Shown: positions 63,101-64,000 of the stretch, piece after piece
Numbering within the stretch: the first letter of the stretch is position 1
How the letters are laid out: each line of letters starts with the position of its first letter
From: Pseudomonadota bacterium
GTDB lineage: Bacteria > Myxococcota_A > Polyangia > Polyangiales > Polyangiaceae
Assembly (NCBI GenBank): GCA_023431345.1
Contig: JAEYWK010000186.1
Location: forward strand, 38,946-102,945
Reading direction: 5' to 3'
Length of the DNA stretch: 64,000 nucleotides
The notes under the pieces: model-generated
What the model saw: the letters and a program-made list of their open reading frames with translations, nothing else
The model's database searches: none
What the model was told of the DNA's origin: nothing
Position numbers and translations under genes: made by a program

Positions 63101-64000
63101 GTGAGCTGCCGTTCGAGGCCGAGCGCGGCTACCAAGTCGTGCTCGGTGAGCGACCGCGCGGAGCGCTGCTGTCGGTGAAGGGCGCGCCCGAAAAGCTCAT
63201 CGCTCACGTCAACAGCTTGCGCAAGGCGGGCGAGCTCAGCGAGCTCGATGAGGCAGGTCGCAAGGCCCTGCTCGAGCGCGCCAGGGAGCTAGGCGGCGCG
63301 GGCCTGCGCGTGCTCGGGGTGGCCGAGGCCGAGGTTTCGGCCGACCACGATCTGGCGACGTTGCCGCCCCTGTGCTTCCGCGGCTTCATCGCCTTCCGTG
63401 ATCCGGTGCGCTCCACCGCGGCTCAGGCCGTCTCGGACCTGCACGCGGCCGGCGTGGTGACCTACATGTTGACCGGTGACCACCCGAGCACGGCCGAAGC
63501 AGTCGCGCGCGAGGTGGGGCTCTTGCCGCCGGGAGGCATCGTGATGTCGGGCAGCGCGCTGCTCCAGTTCTCCGACGAAGAGCTGGACGCGCAGCTGGGC
63601 CGGGTGCGCGTCTTCGCGCGGGTCACGCCCGCCCAGAAGGTGCGCATCGTGCGCGCTCTGCAGCGCGCGGGCCGGGTGGTGGGCATGGTCGGTGATGGCG
63701 CCAACGACGCCCCTGCGATCCGCCTCGCGAACGTCGGCATCGCGGTCGGCCGACAGAGCACGGCGGCAGCTCGCGCAGCTGCCGACGTCGTCTTGACCGA
63801 CGAGCGCATCGAGACCTTGGTGCACGCTATCGTGGAAGGCCGCGCGATGTGGGCTTCCGTGCGCGACGCGGTGTCGATCTTGGTCGGCGGCAACCTCGGC
63901 GAAATCGGCTTCACGTTGGCGGCCGGCTTGCTCGATGGTCGCCCGCCCCTGAACCCGCGCCAGCTCTTGCTCGTCAACTTGCTGACCGATGTCGCGCCCG
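60100..64000 (+). CDS. P-type cation-transporting ATPase (P2-like), 5' partial in window, with about 600-aa N-terminal catalytically degenerate pseudo-copy of the ATPase core
   Basis: Frame 1 is open from ATG 60100 to the window end, which is why it is absent from the complete-ORF track. My translation gives Cation_ATPase_N-like HALDARSVLVKLRSSEQGLL at about 61905, GDIIVLEAGDVVPADCRIL, MTGES (62385), VPEGLP, DKTGTLT (62860), MLTGDHPSTA, MVGDGANDAPA. Upstream residues 250-600 align to the same blocks with active-site residues replaced (see finding). Minus ORF 60631..63207 and plus ORF 60414..61223 are shadows. Confidence 0.8.
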   Translation, partial: MSLADAFFTVRKLLSPRSRRSWLGRTRAHIELRDLSASELSTFAERVRPALLALVRVHGVEINAPLRRVIVAFDDDSYSLSELLVVVEQAERAAGVDNAAFRDEEWEHPADIESVERLMVGLCADALGTMTGLGLKFSPLPASRIAGTLGSLFSIAQTTERLRKPLDDRFGPQRANLLLDVAAAAAHGAAQRPGSAFVELAHKFSRLGEAQARRRVWEQREQELFSVPADVGELLGSEPRPRALPRGPIEEYADRAWIVSLGGFAVSFLTTRSVQRAVAALFAGLPQPARLGRETFCAELSRALAARQALVVDVEALRRLDRIDCLVLESGLVARDRYEVRELIVVSHVDEAEIRRALTAALDVERPIEKRRVGDYTFGALGVLGCEVPDELSPSAADLGRRGGLVVGLMQDDALVALAEVELIPQTGIDELITAAHEAEMRVVVAGSDEQVLSGLPADDTIGGGEDLARGIRRLQREGRAVCLVATSRSPRVDSADLTIGLMREGEPPPWGAHVICRDDLSDVRFLIHAAVSARQVAKQGVNIALGAATLGALVSAGGVLPLTARRVIAVVNAASLISMANGVRGSFALARRALPAPRDRTPWHALDARSVLVKLRSSEQGLLRREAQRRKRPSHHASRSRVGELVEAVTDELFNPLAPLLAAGAGLSAAVGSFGDAGMVGGVVALNALIGGAQRFRTERRLRELSRGERRYARVRRGAALLDMPEQELVRGDIIVLEAGDVVPADCRILSAEALEVDASSMTGESLPVRKSPAPSFELHVADHSSMLYDGTAIAAGRAVAVVVATGEETEARRGASAVKRDPSRGGVERRLRSLIHMTGPVALGAGVSLIGAGLIRGRKLEDLVGSGVSLAVASVPEGLPLIATAAQLAAASRLSKRGALVRNVRSIEALGRVDALCLDKTGTLTEGRIELGSLSEATADAPARYGEHERSLLSAALRAAPELRVGSTKTDPTDGALYRAAETLGVRVFDGESGWVRLRELPFEAERGYQVVLGERPRGALLSVKGAPEKLIAHVNSLRKAGELSELDEAGRKALLERARELGGAGLRVLGVAEAEVSADHDLATLPPLCFRGFIAFRDPVRSTAAQAVSDLHAAGVVTYMLTGDHPSTAEAVAREVGLLPPGGIVMSGSALLQFSDEELDAQLGRVRVFARVTPAQKVRIVRALQRAGRVVGMVGDGANDAPAIRLANVGIAVGRQSTAAARAAADVVLTDERIETLVHAIVEGRAMWASVRDAVSILVGGNLGEIGFTLAAGLLDGRPPLNPRQLLLVNLLTDVAP

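Noticed and set aside
60631-63207. 858-aa minus-strand ORF and the 269-aa + strand ORF 60414..61223
   Set aside because: They lie within the long frame-1 P-type ATPase ORF that is missing from the track only because it has no in-window stop. Both are Arg/Ala/His-rich shadows lacking any motif.

Overview
This is a high-GC (about 70%) window, gene-dense on both strands. The gene content is typical of a Myxococcota (Sorangiineae/Polyangia-like) chromosome: Ser/Thr kinases, many lipoproteins, a DUF1552/DUF1592 pair, ECF sigma/anti-sigma, AglR-like MotA/MotB, flotillin and PPK2. Reading the ORF track, I can support about 45 protein-coding genes; many tabulated ORFs are Arg/Ala/Pro-rich antisense or out-of-frame shadows of real genes. 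I could not recognise any rRNA, tRNA, CRISPR array, transposase or integrase. Recognisable housekeeping or known genes are mscL, motA/motB-like stator, SppA, two sensor histidine kinases, an MCP, a CHASE-fused Ser/Thr kinase, an UDPGP-family pyrophosphorylase, a PabB-like enzyme, GH16 glucanase, an AraC regulator, two-domain PPK2, an MMPL exporter, uvrA, plsC-like acyltransferase and proline iminopeptidase. The best candidate for an undescribed system is a four-gene operon at 29587..38530. It encodes a minimal K-channel-like pore protein, a YqiJ/NfeD-like partner, a flotillin with a long E/A/K coiled coil, and a 1839-aa protein carrying an AAA+ (MoxR/AAA_5-like) core and a C-terminal PilZ-like domain. 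A P-type ATPase (60100 to beyond the window end) preceded in the same ORF by a catalytically degenerate copy of its own catalytic core is also unusual. Other observations worth a second look: SppA with a 330-aa beta-barrel-like N-terminal extension translationally coupled to a degenerate ABC-ATPase-like protein; a 1.5-kaa lipoprotein built from about 14 Calx-beta-like repeats; and MscL with a C-terminal Cys4 zinc-ribbon-like tail.
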